NCBI GenBank assembly: GCA_027487015.1
Contig: JAIYEK010000169.1
Span: forward strand, 9,080-73,079
Source: Erythrobacteraceae bacterium
Lineage (GTDB): Bacteria; Pseudomonadota; Alphaproteobacteria; Sphingomonadales; Sphingomonadaceae
Reading direction: 5' to 3'
DNA length: 64,000 nucleotides
Shown: positions 8,973-16,543 of the stretch, in pieces
Numbering within the stretch: position 1 is the first letter of the stretch
Layout: each line of letters starts with the position of its first letter
Position numbers and translations under genes: made by a program
The notes under the pieces: model-generated
Databases searched by the model: none
What the model saw: only the letters and a program-made list of their open reading frames with translations
Told to the model about the DNA's origin: nothing

Positions 8973-9963
8973 GGAAGGGCTGATCAGTTCTTGGCGTGCT
9001 CTCGCTACGCGGCAAGGCGACGCAGAATGGCGCCTTGTCAATTTGGCCGCGATCGACTTGGTGACAGTTCAGGCCGGACGGCATTTTCCTGACAGCCGTG
9101 AGGCGCTCGTCGTGGCGTTTCCGGCCGGATGGTTGGGCAAAGTCTCGGGCCTTCCAGATGGTAAGGGCTTTGAAGCAACTCTGATTGAAGGAAATCCAGC
9201 CTTTCTAGGAAAGGATGTAATCGCCTTGATCAGGCGGCTTGAAGGCGCATTCGACATCTTCGCCATCATGGTCGTCGATCTGCTCCGATTTCTTGAAGAT
9301 AGCCGATCCAAGGACGCAAGAGCGCTTGTTGCTGGTTTTCTCGAGCGTGTCAGGGAATGGCAGAGCTTCATGTCCCGTGGAATCAGGCCGCTCTCTCAGG
9401 AGGCGCAAGCGGGACTCTATGGCGAGCTTGCCGCACTGCAGGTGCTCGTCGACGTGATGCCCGGGGGATCGGCGTTCGATGCTTGGAAGGGGCCGATGCA
9501 TGCCGCACAGGATTTCCATCTCGGATCGGGTGCCTTGGAAGTTAAGAGCACCACCACGACCGACGTTTTCAAGGCTCGCATAAACAGTATCGAGCAACTG
9601 GATTCAGAGCGGCAGCCGATGTTCTTGGGTGCAATCCGCCTTAAGGAGGATACTGGCGGCTCCAGCCTCAATAACTTGATCAGTCTGCTGCGTGACCTTG
9701 CAAATGATCGCGGCCGCAGGCGAGGATTCGACGCACTTCTGATCATGGCCGGCTATTACGATGAGCACGCAGCCTATTATGAGCGCGCCCTGTCTCTCGA
9801 CGAGTTCAGATGTTTCAAAGTGGATGATGAGTTCCCGGTCCTTCGTCGGGCACAGTTGCCGGCTCAGGTAACAGCAGCAACCTATACACTTGATTTGAGC
9901 TCGATCTCGCAACCTGACTTGGGCATCGACGGGGCATTGTCGGCACTGGGGATTTCTGAATGA
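8956..9963 (+). CDS. PD-(D/E)XK motif protein (putative nuclease)
   Basis: QDFHLGSGALEVKST fits a D...E-x-K core. It overlaps Z1 by 17 nt and shares an ATGA overlap with the AIPR gene. Confidence 0.6.
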   Translation: MTGWTEEGLISSWRALATRQGDAEWRLVNLAAIDLVTVQAGRHFPDSREALVVAFPAGWLGKVSGLPDGKGFEATLIEGNPAFLGKDVIALIRRLEGAFDIFAIMVVDLLRFLEDSRSKDARALVAGFLERVREWQSFMSRGIRPLSQEAQAGLYGELAALQVLVDVMPGGSAFDAWKGPMHAAQDFHLGSGALEVKSTTTTDVFKARINSIEQLDSERQPMFLGAIRLKEDTGGSSLNNLISLLRDLANDRGRRRGFDALLIMAGYYDEHAAYYERALSLDEFRCFKVDDEFPVLRRAQLPAQVTAATYTLDLSSISQPDLGIDGALSALGISE

Positions 9964-11759
9964 GTATCGAAGAATTTCACCGGGGTATCCGTTCGGAAAT
10001 CCAGGCAATCGTAGCCGAACGAATATTGAGCGATGACGGCACGTTTCCGTCGGAAGAACTCATCTACGCCGAACTCGCCATGGAGCAGGTCGCAAATGCG
10101 AACATTTGCGATTCACCGACCATTTGTCACTGGACAGGCACCATTGGAAACGCTCGCCTCCGGATCACTGGTTACGCGCTATCGAACGATGAAACCTGCC
10201 TCGATCTGTTTGTGACCCGCTATTTCGGGACGGATGAGATCGAGAACCTCCGCGACTCCGAGGCAACCTCGACAGCGAAGGAAGGCATAAAGTTTCTGTT
10301 CGAAGCCGCCGGTGGCCGCCTCGCATCCCGGATGGAAGCCAGCGGCGATATCTATGAGCTGGTCCTGTTCATCAAAGAACACTGGTCCAGCTTGGAGCAA
10401 TTGCGTGTTTTCGTCGTCACCGATGGCCAGACGAAATCAAAGCGGTTCGCTCCCAAGGAAGTTCAAGGCAAGATTGTCGCAATCGAGGCGATGGATATCG
10501 AGAGGCTCTATCGTCACACAACGGGCAAGCCTCGTGACGAGGTATCCATCAGCTTCGAACAGACGCTGGGGCGTCCACTCCCATGCATCCACGTACCCGA
10601 CCCTGATGCGGACTATGAATACGCACTTACAGCCATTCCGGGCGAGGTAATCCGGGAGCTGTACCTGCGATACAATTCCAGATTGCTAGAAGCCAATGTG
10701 CGGACCTTCCTCGGTTACCGGAGCAGAGTGAACTCCGGCATCGCAGAAACCCTGTTGAAGGAGCCCGAGCATTTCATGGCCTTCAACAACGGGTTGGTCA
10801 TCGTCTGCGACAGTGCCGAACTGAGCCGATGCGAGGATGGCGGCTTGGGATTCTCGTTGATTAAGGGGCTGCAGATCGTCAACGGCGGCCAGACAACCTC
10901 ATCCATCTTTTTCGCGTCGCGCGATCGGAAGGAAATCGACCTCAGCCATGTGATGGTACCGGCGAAGGTCATCATCTTGAAAGGTGACGACGACGATGCC
11001 CGCGAGCGGTTGATTTCCAACATCTCAAAGTTCGCAAACAGCCAGAATGCTGTGAAGACCTCCGATCTTTCGGCAAACCGCCCCTTCCACGTCCAGCTTG
11101 AGAAGCTGTCAGAGGAAGTCTGGTGCGCTGACGGGGCAAGCAGGTGGTTTTACGAGCGCGCAGCCGGCGCCTACCAGGTAAGGCTGCTCCGCGAGCGTAC
11201 CGACGCTAAGCGGCGTGAATTCCAGAAAATCGTTCCTACAAAGCACAAGCTCTCGAAGAATGATGTTGCGAAGTTTCATGAAGCTTGGCGCGGAAAGCCT
11301 GCCCAAGTTGCGTTGGCGGGTGAAAAGAATTTTGCCGCCTTCATGGCAGCGTTGGATGAAAACCCCGAACTGGTGCCCACTCCACTGACACCGGAGTGGT
11401 ACCGGGCCCTAATTGCGAAAGTGGTCATTTTCCGGGCCATCGAAGGCATGATCAAGAAGAAGGATGCGAAGGAGACGTTCCGGCAGGGCTGGGTTAATAT
11501 TGCGACCTACACGGTCGCCGCGCTGGCCCAGAAGATGCCGGGGCGGATCGATTTCGAACTGGTCTGGCAGCAGCAGGACATTTCTGAAAGCTTCGGAAAG
11601 CTGCTCTGGGAATGGGCCAAGGTTGTGAACGCCACGTTTGACCGGATCGCCCCGGGACGGCAGTTTTCGGAAGTCGCCAAGCGCGCCGATACTTGGAAGG
11701 CTGTCCAGAATGCTGACTTTCCAGAACCGAAGGATCGCATTCCCGAAATCAAGGCTTGA
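9960..11759 (+). CDS. AIPR (abortive infection phage resistance) family protein
   Basis: The call rests on its size, on position as the last gene of a GHKL-Z1-PD-(D/E)XK cluster, and on the central block FNNGLVIVCDSAE...GLQIVNGGQTTSSIF, which is typical of AIPR as I recall it. Confidence 0.65.
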   Translation: MSIEEFHRGIRSEIQAIVAERILSDDGTFPSEELIYAELAMEQVANANICDSPTICHWTGTIGNARLRITGYALSNDETCLDLFVTRYFGTDEIENLRDSEATSTAKEGIKFLFEAAGGRLASRMEASGDIYELVLFIKEHWSSLEQLRVFVVTDGQTKSKRFAPKEVQGKIVAIEAMDIERLYRHTTGKPRDEVSISFEQTLGRPLPCIHVPDPDADYEYALTAIPGEVIRELYLRYNSRLLEANVRTFLGYRSRVNSGIAETLLKEPEHFMAFNNGLVIVCDSAELSRCEDGGLGFSLIKGLQIVNGGQTTSSIFFASRDRKEIDLSHVMVPAKVIILKGDDDDARERLISNISKFANSQNAVKTSDLSANRPFHVQLEKLSEEVWCADGASRWFYERAAGAYQVRLLRERTDAKRREFQKIVPTKHKLSKNDVAKFHEAWRGKPAQVALAGEKNFAAFMAALDENPELVPTPLTPEWYRALIAKVVIFRAIEGMIKKKDAKETFRQGWVNIATYTVAALAQKMPGRIDFELVWQQQDISESFGKLLWEWAKVVNATFDRIAPGRQFSEVAKRADTWKAVQNADFPEPKDRIPEIKA

Positions 11760-11813
11760 TGGCATAGGCCCGGTTATTGGCCTGGCACAGAAGTCGGCTC
11801 CCACTCGGTCTTT

Positions 11814-13313
11814 TCAAGTGATAAGATCGTGGACGATGTGTGCAATCTGCTTGGCGAGGAAGCAGGGAACGGCATTGCCCACCTGCTTATACTGTTCGGT
11901 ACGCGGGCCGCAGAAGTAGTAGTTATCAGGGAATGTTTGCAGCCGGGCTGCCTCTCGGACGGTCAGAGATCGACACTGCTCAGGGTCGGGGTGAATGAAG
12001 TAGTGTCCGTCCTTTGATATATGGCTGGTCACAGTCGTTGAAGGAGCGTCCGCAAGCTGTACCCTGAAGCGATCCGCAAATGCCCCGCTCTCCCGGTTCG
12101 CGTGATTAGGTTGCAAGATGGCGGGGAATTCCTTCAATTTGGGAGAGTAACCATACGACTGCGCAAAAGCTGCAGCATAAAGGTATCGCCCCAGATCGCC
12201 TTTAATGTGGCCCCGTGTTTCATGTTGCAACGAGACTTCCAGCAAGGGGTCTTCAAGCCAGTCGGCGAGTGCCTTCGATGGGATCGGCATCGCGACATCG
12301 GCCGAGACACGCGGCTGACTGCCCATCTCATTGAGTTTTGAAATATGCCGCAGGACCGGAATGACTGAGCATGGCAGCGTATCATCCGCCGCCAGCTTCG
12401 AAGCCCACTCTCTCACGGCTTCCTGCCAATTTGTGGCAGCATCATTCTTACTGAGTCCGCTGCGCAGTTTAGGCATACCGCCGATCGCCGCGACAACAGA
12501 GTTGGATTGCGATGGCTCTGATTTGGTCAATAGCGGCCCTGTGAGCGTCCTTTCCTTCGCCACATCCGCCCTGAGACCAATAATGAAGACCCGATGCCGG
12601 GCCTGTGGGACCCCGTGCTCCTCAGCACGGACCACGAATTCTTTGGCCGTATGATCGACCAGCAGGTCGCCCTCCGCAGTAAGCGGAATGAGGACATATC
12701 CGTCACCTGCCGACCGGAGGTCTTCGAAAACCCGTTCAAAGATCGGACCTCCGTGCACGTGACTGGACAATATGCCCTTCACGTTTTCCATCACGAAGGC
12801 TGCAGGCTTCAACCGGTCAAGGATTGCAACGTATTCCCGGTAAAGGAAATGGCGCCCATCGCTCTCCGCGACATAGTCCTTTTTTCCCGCATTCCGCGAC
12901 CGGCCAGCCAACGAGTATGCTTGGCACGGTGGGCCACCAATCAACACAGTACGTCCGCTACAACGTTCGCGGGCACCATCGAGAATGGGGGCCAAATGTT
13001 CGAAAACACCGGCAGTTCCAAGCTCAAGTTGCTGCGCCTCTTCAATCGCTGTTTTCCAGTTAGCTGGATAGGATAAGGCCCAATCCGGCATCGCACGCGA
13101 ATGATTCAACGCCTCGTAATACTCAGCAGGAAACCCGCCTTCAAAGCTGCGGAGAAAAGCGCGAAGACGAAGTGTTTGGATGGCAAAATCATCCTTTTCA
13201 ACAGAGAGCCTTATCGACATGGGCGTGGCGCTTTCCCCGCCAGCGGCAGAGAACCCCTCACCCAGCCCGCCGGGTCCTGCGAATAAATCTACAATTTCAA
13301 TCTTGCTGCTCAA
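11814..13313 (-). CDS. dcm: DNA (cytosine-5) methyltransferase
   Basis: Motif I IVDLFAGPGGLGEGF, motif IV LIGGPPCQAYSLAGR, motif VI FVMENVKG, and C-terminal YKQVGNAVP are all present. The start is TTG at 13313 preceded by GGAGG. There is no in-frame ATG upstream before a stop. Confidence 0.93.
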   Translation of the reverse strand: MSSKIEIVDLFAGPGGLGEGFSAAGGESATPMSIRLSVEKDDFAIQTLRLRAFLRSFEGGFPAEYYEALNHSRAMPDWALSYPANWKTAIEEAQQLELGTAGVFEHLAPILDGARERCSGRTVLIGGPPCQAYSLAGRSRNAGKKDYVAESDGRHFLYREYVAILDRLKPAAFVMENVKGILSSHVHGGPIFERVFEDLRSAGDGYVLIPLTAEGDLLVDHTAKEFVVRAEEHGVPQARHRVFIIGLRADVAKERTLTGPLLTKSEPSQSNSVVAAIGGMPKLRSGLSKNDAATNWQEAVREWASKLAADDTLPCSVIPVLRHISKLNEMGSQPRVSADVAMPIPSKALADWLEDPLLEVSLQHETRGHIKGDLGRYLYAAAFAQSYGYSPKLKEFPAILQPNHANRESGAFADRFRVQLADAPSTTVTSHISKDGHYFIHPDPEQCRSLTVREAARLQTFPDNYYFCGPRTEQYKQVGNAVPCFLAKQIAHIVHDLIT

Positions 13314-13719
13314 GTGGCCTCCATCTGGAGCATTCCTATATGGTCTCCGGCGATTTTGACCAGGCCGAAACTTGACAAGAAACCGATTGATTGACCGACA
13401 TCCTATCGCCTCAAGCTTGGATCAACTTTGTCGGGCGAGTCTTGGTGATCTGAATGACCGCGAATGCGGACGATCCGGAACGGCTTCTTTCAGGGGCGTA
13501 GATCGGAATAGCGGACGTTCGGGACCGCCAGTTGGCGTGTGAGTTTCGCGCCCTATGTGGGTCGTTCCGACTTTGATTAGGCGGTGCCCGAAAGGTATTA
13601 TTCGATGGTCGCGGATAGCGACAGATCCGAGCCTCTTGTCAGCCATTCGCAGGGCGGCAAATCCGGCGAGCGACAAAGCCGAGCCTTCGAAGCCTGCCGA
13701 TGTCGAGCCCGGCAGCAGA

Positions 13720-14589
13720 TTAGTGACCGGCGGATTTAGCTGCAGCGTCCGTCCAGCGAATCAGATTCCGATATCCGTTATCCAGCTTCCAGTCATAGCT
13801 AGCAGTGCCGGTATCAAGAGGCATGACGCAGCCTGGAGAAGGCCTTTGCAACCACCGCGGCCAGCACGTCAGCGGTTGGGCAATTTTTGAATAGGGGTAC
13901 CAACCGCCGTTGACAAACTCGTAGATTCTCAAGTCCCAGCCGAGCGCCATCTGTGCTAGCGGGTTGAACCCAGCCGGCAAAAATCCCGTGCGTGGGCATT
14001 CACATTTGTCGATATGGACCGCAACGAGACCATTTCCCCGCGCGAGACTGCGCGCGATCTCATAGCGAACCCATTCGCGGGACCAGGTCTCGGTGCCAAC
14101 GAGTACGCAGGTGACGGACGTCCCGAGCAGTCCTCTGTCGATCACGCGCCTGAGATTGGCCGGGTTCGTACGCTTTACTCGCTCCCAAAGACTGCGATCA
14201 TTCGGAGTGAGAAGGCGGCCTTTGTCTGCCGGTCTGATCTTGCCCGAGTTGCGGACGTGATTAACCCGAAACACATCGCTAAAATGAAACGAATAAAACA
14301 CGTTCCGGACTTTGATGGCTTCGCGGGCTGGCTGTTGCGGCGGCGGTAACTCAAGAGCCTTGAGGATATCTCCGAGGAAATTCCGGTGCGGCTCCTTGGC
14401 CGATTGGTCGCTGCTTCCGAAGAGACTGTTAGTTCGGGGGACGGCGGCCAGTTGTTGAAACCGGTTTTGCGCGGGCTTCGGTGTGTCCAGCAGCGCCGCG
14501 AGCGGGGACATCTGATGGTTCGTCCGAGGTGGCAGGTCGGCCAGCGCTCGGGCGATGATTTCCAGCAGGTCTCTGCTCGGCTGGTCCAT
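13720..14589 (-). CDS. ThsB-like TIR-like (DUF1863-type) protein with a roughly 95-aa low-complexity N-terminal extension
   Basis: VRNVFYSFHFSDVFRVNHVRN, SLWERVKRTNPANLRRVIDRGLLGTSVTCVLVGTETWSREWVRYEIARSLARGNGLVAVHID, and ASYDWKLDNGYRNLIRW follow, block by block, the Thoeris ThsB / MTH538 TIR-like pattern as I remember it. Third positions in this frame are GC-rich across the overlap with the upstream ORF. Confidence 0.8.
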   Translation of the reverse strand: MDQPSRDLLEIIARALADLPPRTNHQMSPLAALLDTPKPAQNRFQQLAAVPRTNSLFGSSDQSAKEPHRNFLGDILKALELPPPQQPAREAIKVRNVFYSFHFSDVFRVNHVRNSGKIRPADKGRLLTPNDRSLWERVKRTNPANLRRVIDRGLLGTSVTCVLVGTETWSREWVRYEIARSLARGNGLVAVHIDKCECPRTGFLPAGFNPLAQMALGWDLRIYEFVNGGWYPYSKIAQPLTCWPRWLQRPSPGCVMPLDTGTASYDWKLDNGYRNLIRWTDAAAKSAGH

Positions 14590-15019
14590 GACTTGCTATA
14601 TATAGAAGAATGGACATGCCGGCCAGTAGGGCTGCATAAACCCCGGCAACCGACCAGCTGAAAAAAGCGACGCCAATCCTCCTCGCATTGAGAGGCCGGG
14701 GGCTGAGGCTGATAGCGTCGGCGCTGCTGAGGGGTGCAGAACACGTCGACTCATAAAGATCTCGAAATCGCCTCTCCTGCGCTAGATAATAGGCATCGAG
14801 CAGCGCGAACAGCAAAGGAACCGCCACGCCAGCCCAGACCAGCTCAGGCACAGGCTTCTGAAATGCAACGGCGACCAGGGCGGCGAGCACCGTTATGCAA
14901 AAATTCTTTGCGCTGGCGCTGAAACCCGACAGGCGCGAAATAATGCTCTGAATCATCTCCAGATGCGTCAGACGCATCTGGACCAGCGATTCCTCGGACA
15001 GCGAGGGCGGTGGGTCCAT
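14429..15019 (-). CDS. small multi-pass membrane protein (3-4 predicted TM segments), candidate effector
   Basis: ATG 15019 is preceded by GGGAGAAG and lies 21 nt after the pAgo stop. Hydrophobic segments are FCITVLAALVAVAF, LVWAGVAVPLLFALLDAYYL and IGVAFFSWSVAGVYAALLAGMSILLYI. The last ~53 codons overlap the ThsB-like gene out of frame and have poorer GC3, so the true C-terminus is uncertain. Confidence 0.65.
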   Translation of the reverse strand: MDPPPSLSEESLVQMRLTHLEMIQSIISRLSGFSASAKNFCITVLAALVAVAFQKPVPELVWAGVAVPLLFALLDAYYLAQERRFRDLYESTCSAPLSSADAISLSPRPLNARRIGVAFFSWSVAGVYAALLAGMSILLYIASHGPAEQRPAGNHRPSAGRPATSDEPSDVPARGAAGHTEARAKPVSTTGRRPPN

Positions 15020-15040
15020 CCGGCTTCTCCCTTGCAACGA

Positions 15041-16543
15041 TTAGATATAGTGCCGGAACGGCAACGGTGGCGGGTCGAGCTCGGGAGGAATCGCCGTCAA
15101 TACGCGCCCGACGCGATCGGCGAACCGGAGCGTGACAGGCATGCCGTCGGCGTAGAGGCACGCATTGAAATTGACCTTCGTCAGCGCGAGGACATCTGCC
15201 ATCACGGTCCGCAGATCGGCTTCGCCTCGGCAGATGTCGATCAGCAGTGGGTTCGGAACCTCGCGCCCCTGATAGGTCTGTAGCCGGGGGACAAAGCCCA
15301 AGGTCCACAACAGCCCCGATCGTGCGTTGAACGGGCGAGCCAACCCGCGAAGCGACGTGAATTTGTCAGCCCGGTAGAGCTTTCGCAGATTGTTGCGTTT
15401 GATGCGCACCCCCACGAGCTTCGTCGTTGCCGGCACAGCCGCTTCGAAGCCCGCCCACTCAACTTCGTTGAAACGCGCTCGCCCGTGGATAAAGACCTCG
15501 CGGGGGTCCTCGCCATGCTGTTTGCGATAGGCCCCAATCGCCTTGCGCATCAGCGCCTCGGCATGCGCACGATCAAGATGGAATTCATGCGTCTCGTCCG
15601 AATACCAATCGCCGATGGCCCCCTTGAACACGAGCCCGTCGCTGTCGGAAAGAAACATCTGCGCGCCGCAGCAGGCCTGGCTTCCCGAATGTTCGTCGAG
15701 GCGCTTGTAAACCATCCCAAGATAGCAAACGCCGGGCCGAATTCCGTCGAGGCGCCAAGGCTGCCCCCCGCCCTTGTAGAAGGCGCCCGTCGCGAGGTTC
15801 CACGCGACATCGACCGGATCCTGCAATCTTCGCTGCGGGAATACATGCGGTGCGAGCGTCGTTTCGCGGATCACCTGAATCACCGCGCGCGAACCGAGCA
15901 GCCTGCCCTTGAGCTGGTCGCGGAAGTCGCGCGCATAGCGATGCATTTCGGCACCCTTGTTGATCGCGTCGAGAAAAGGAAGAAGAGGTTCTGATTTCAA
16001 AGACCGGGCCTGCTTTCGCGAGAGGACCTGATCCTTGTGCGTTCGTTCGGCGACGGGAACCTGCGATTTGGGTCGCCCGCGCTCGTAGATCGTCTCGGGA
16101 ATGACGACACACCAAAGCGAAACCGGAAACTCCTCTTCGTCGATATATTGGGCAATTCTGCTCTCAAAGAGGCTGACTGTATTGTAGATGCGCTGGTGTC
16201 CGTCTGCATGGCGCAACGCCTCGTCGATGTCCTTGGGGTCGATTTCGATGCTAGCGATAGGCGCTTCCGACCAGGTGCAGCGAAAGGTTGCCGCGAAGCC
16301 GGGGAACAGGGACTGTTTGGGATCGTCTGCCTTGCTGACCGCGATAGGCCCCTGAATCGATGACACCCATTGCCGCAAATAGCGAAGCCCATCGGGTGTT
16401 CCAATCGCGCCGACGCGCAACTCCTTGGGTTGGCGCCGATCATGCACCGGTCCAAAAGCGGTCAGCCCGTCCTTGGGATGCTCCATTGACTGATCGTAGC
16501 CGAAAACGCAGCGCGGCTCGGGGATATGCCAAATTTCGCTCAT
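15041..16543 (-). CDS. short prokaryotic Argonaute (MID-PIWI only), SPARTA-type
   Basis: It is 500 aa from ATG 16543, with an ATGA overlap with the TIR-APAZ stop. The MID-type motif AFYKGGGQPWRL is present. PIWI-like blocks include CYLGMVYKRL and QMFLSDSDGLVF. The C-terminal end reads ...PPLPFRHYI. Confidence 0.85.
   Translation of the reverse strand: MSEIWHIPEPRCVFGYDQSMEHPKDGLTAFGPVHDRRQPKELRVGAIGTPDGLRYLRQWVSSIQGPIAVSKADDPKQSLFPGFAATFRCTWSEAPIASIEIDPKDIDEALRHADGHQRIYNTVSLFESRIAQYIDEEEFPVSLWCVVIPETIYERGRPKSQVPVAERTHKDQVLSRKQARSLKSEPLLPFLDAINKGAEMHRYARDFRDQLKGRLLGSRAVIQVIRETTLAPHVFPQRRLQDPVDVAWNLATGAFYKGGGQPWRLDGIRPGVCYLGMVYKRLDEHSGSQACCGAQMFLSDSDGLVFKGAIGDWYSDETHEFHLDRAHAEALMRKAIGAYRKQHGEDPREVFIHGRARFNEVEWAGFEAAVPATTKLVGVRIKRNNLRKLYRADKFTSLRGLARPFNARSGLLWTLGFVPRLQTYQGREVPNPLLIDICRGEADLRTVMADVLALTKVNFNACLYADGMPVTLRFADRVGRVLTAIPPELDPPPLPFRHYI

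Noticed and set aside
13314-13719. A vsr (very-short-patch repair endonuclease) gene next to dcm
   Set aside because: No ORF in any frame shows Vsr-like motifs, and the 84-aa and 111-aa ORFs there have implausible composition. The region is treated as intergenic (dcm promoter region).
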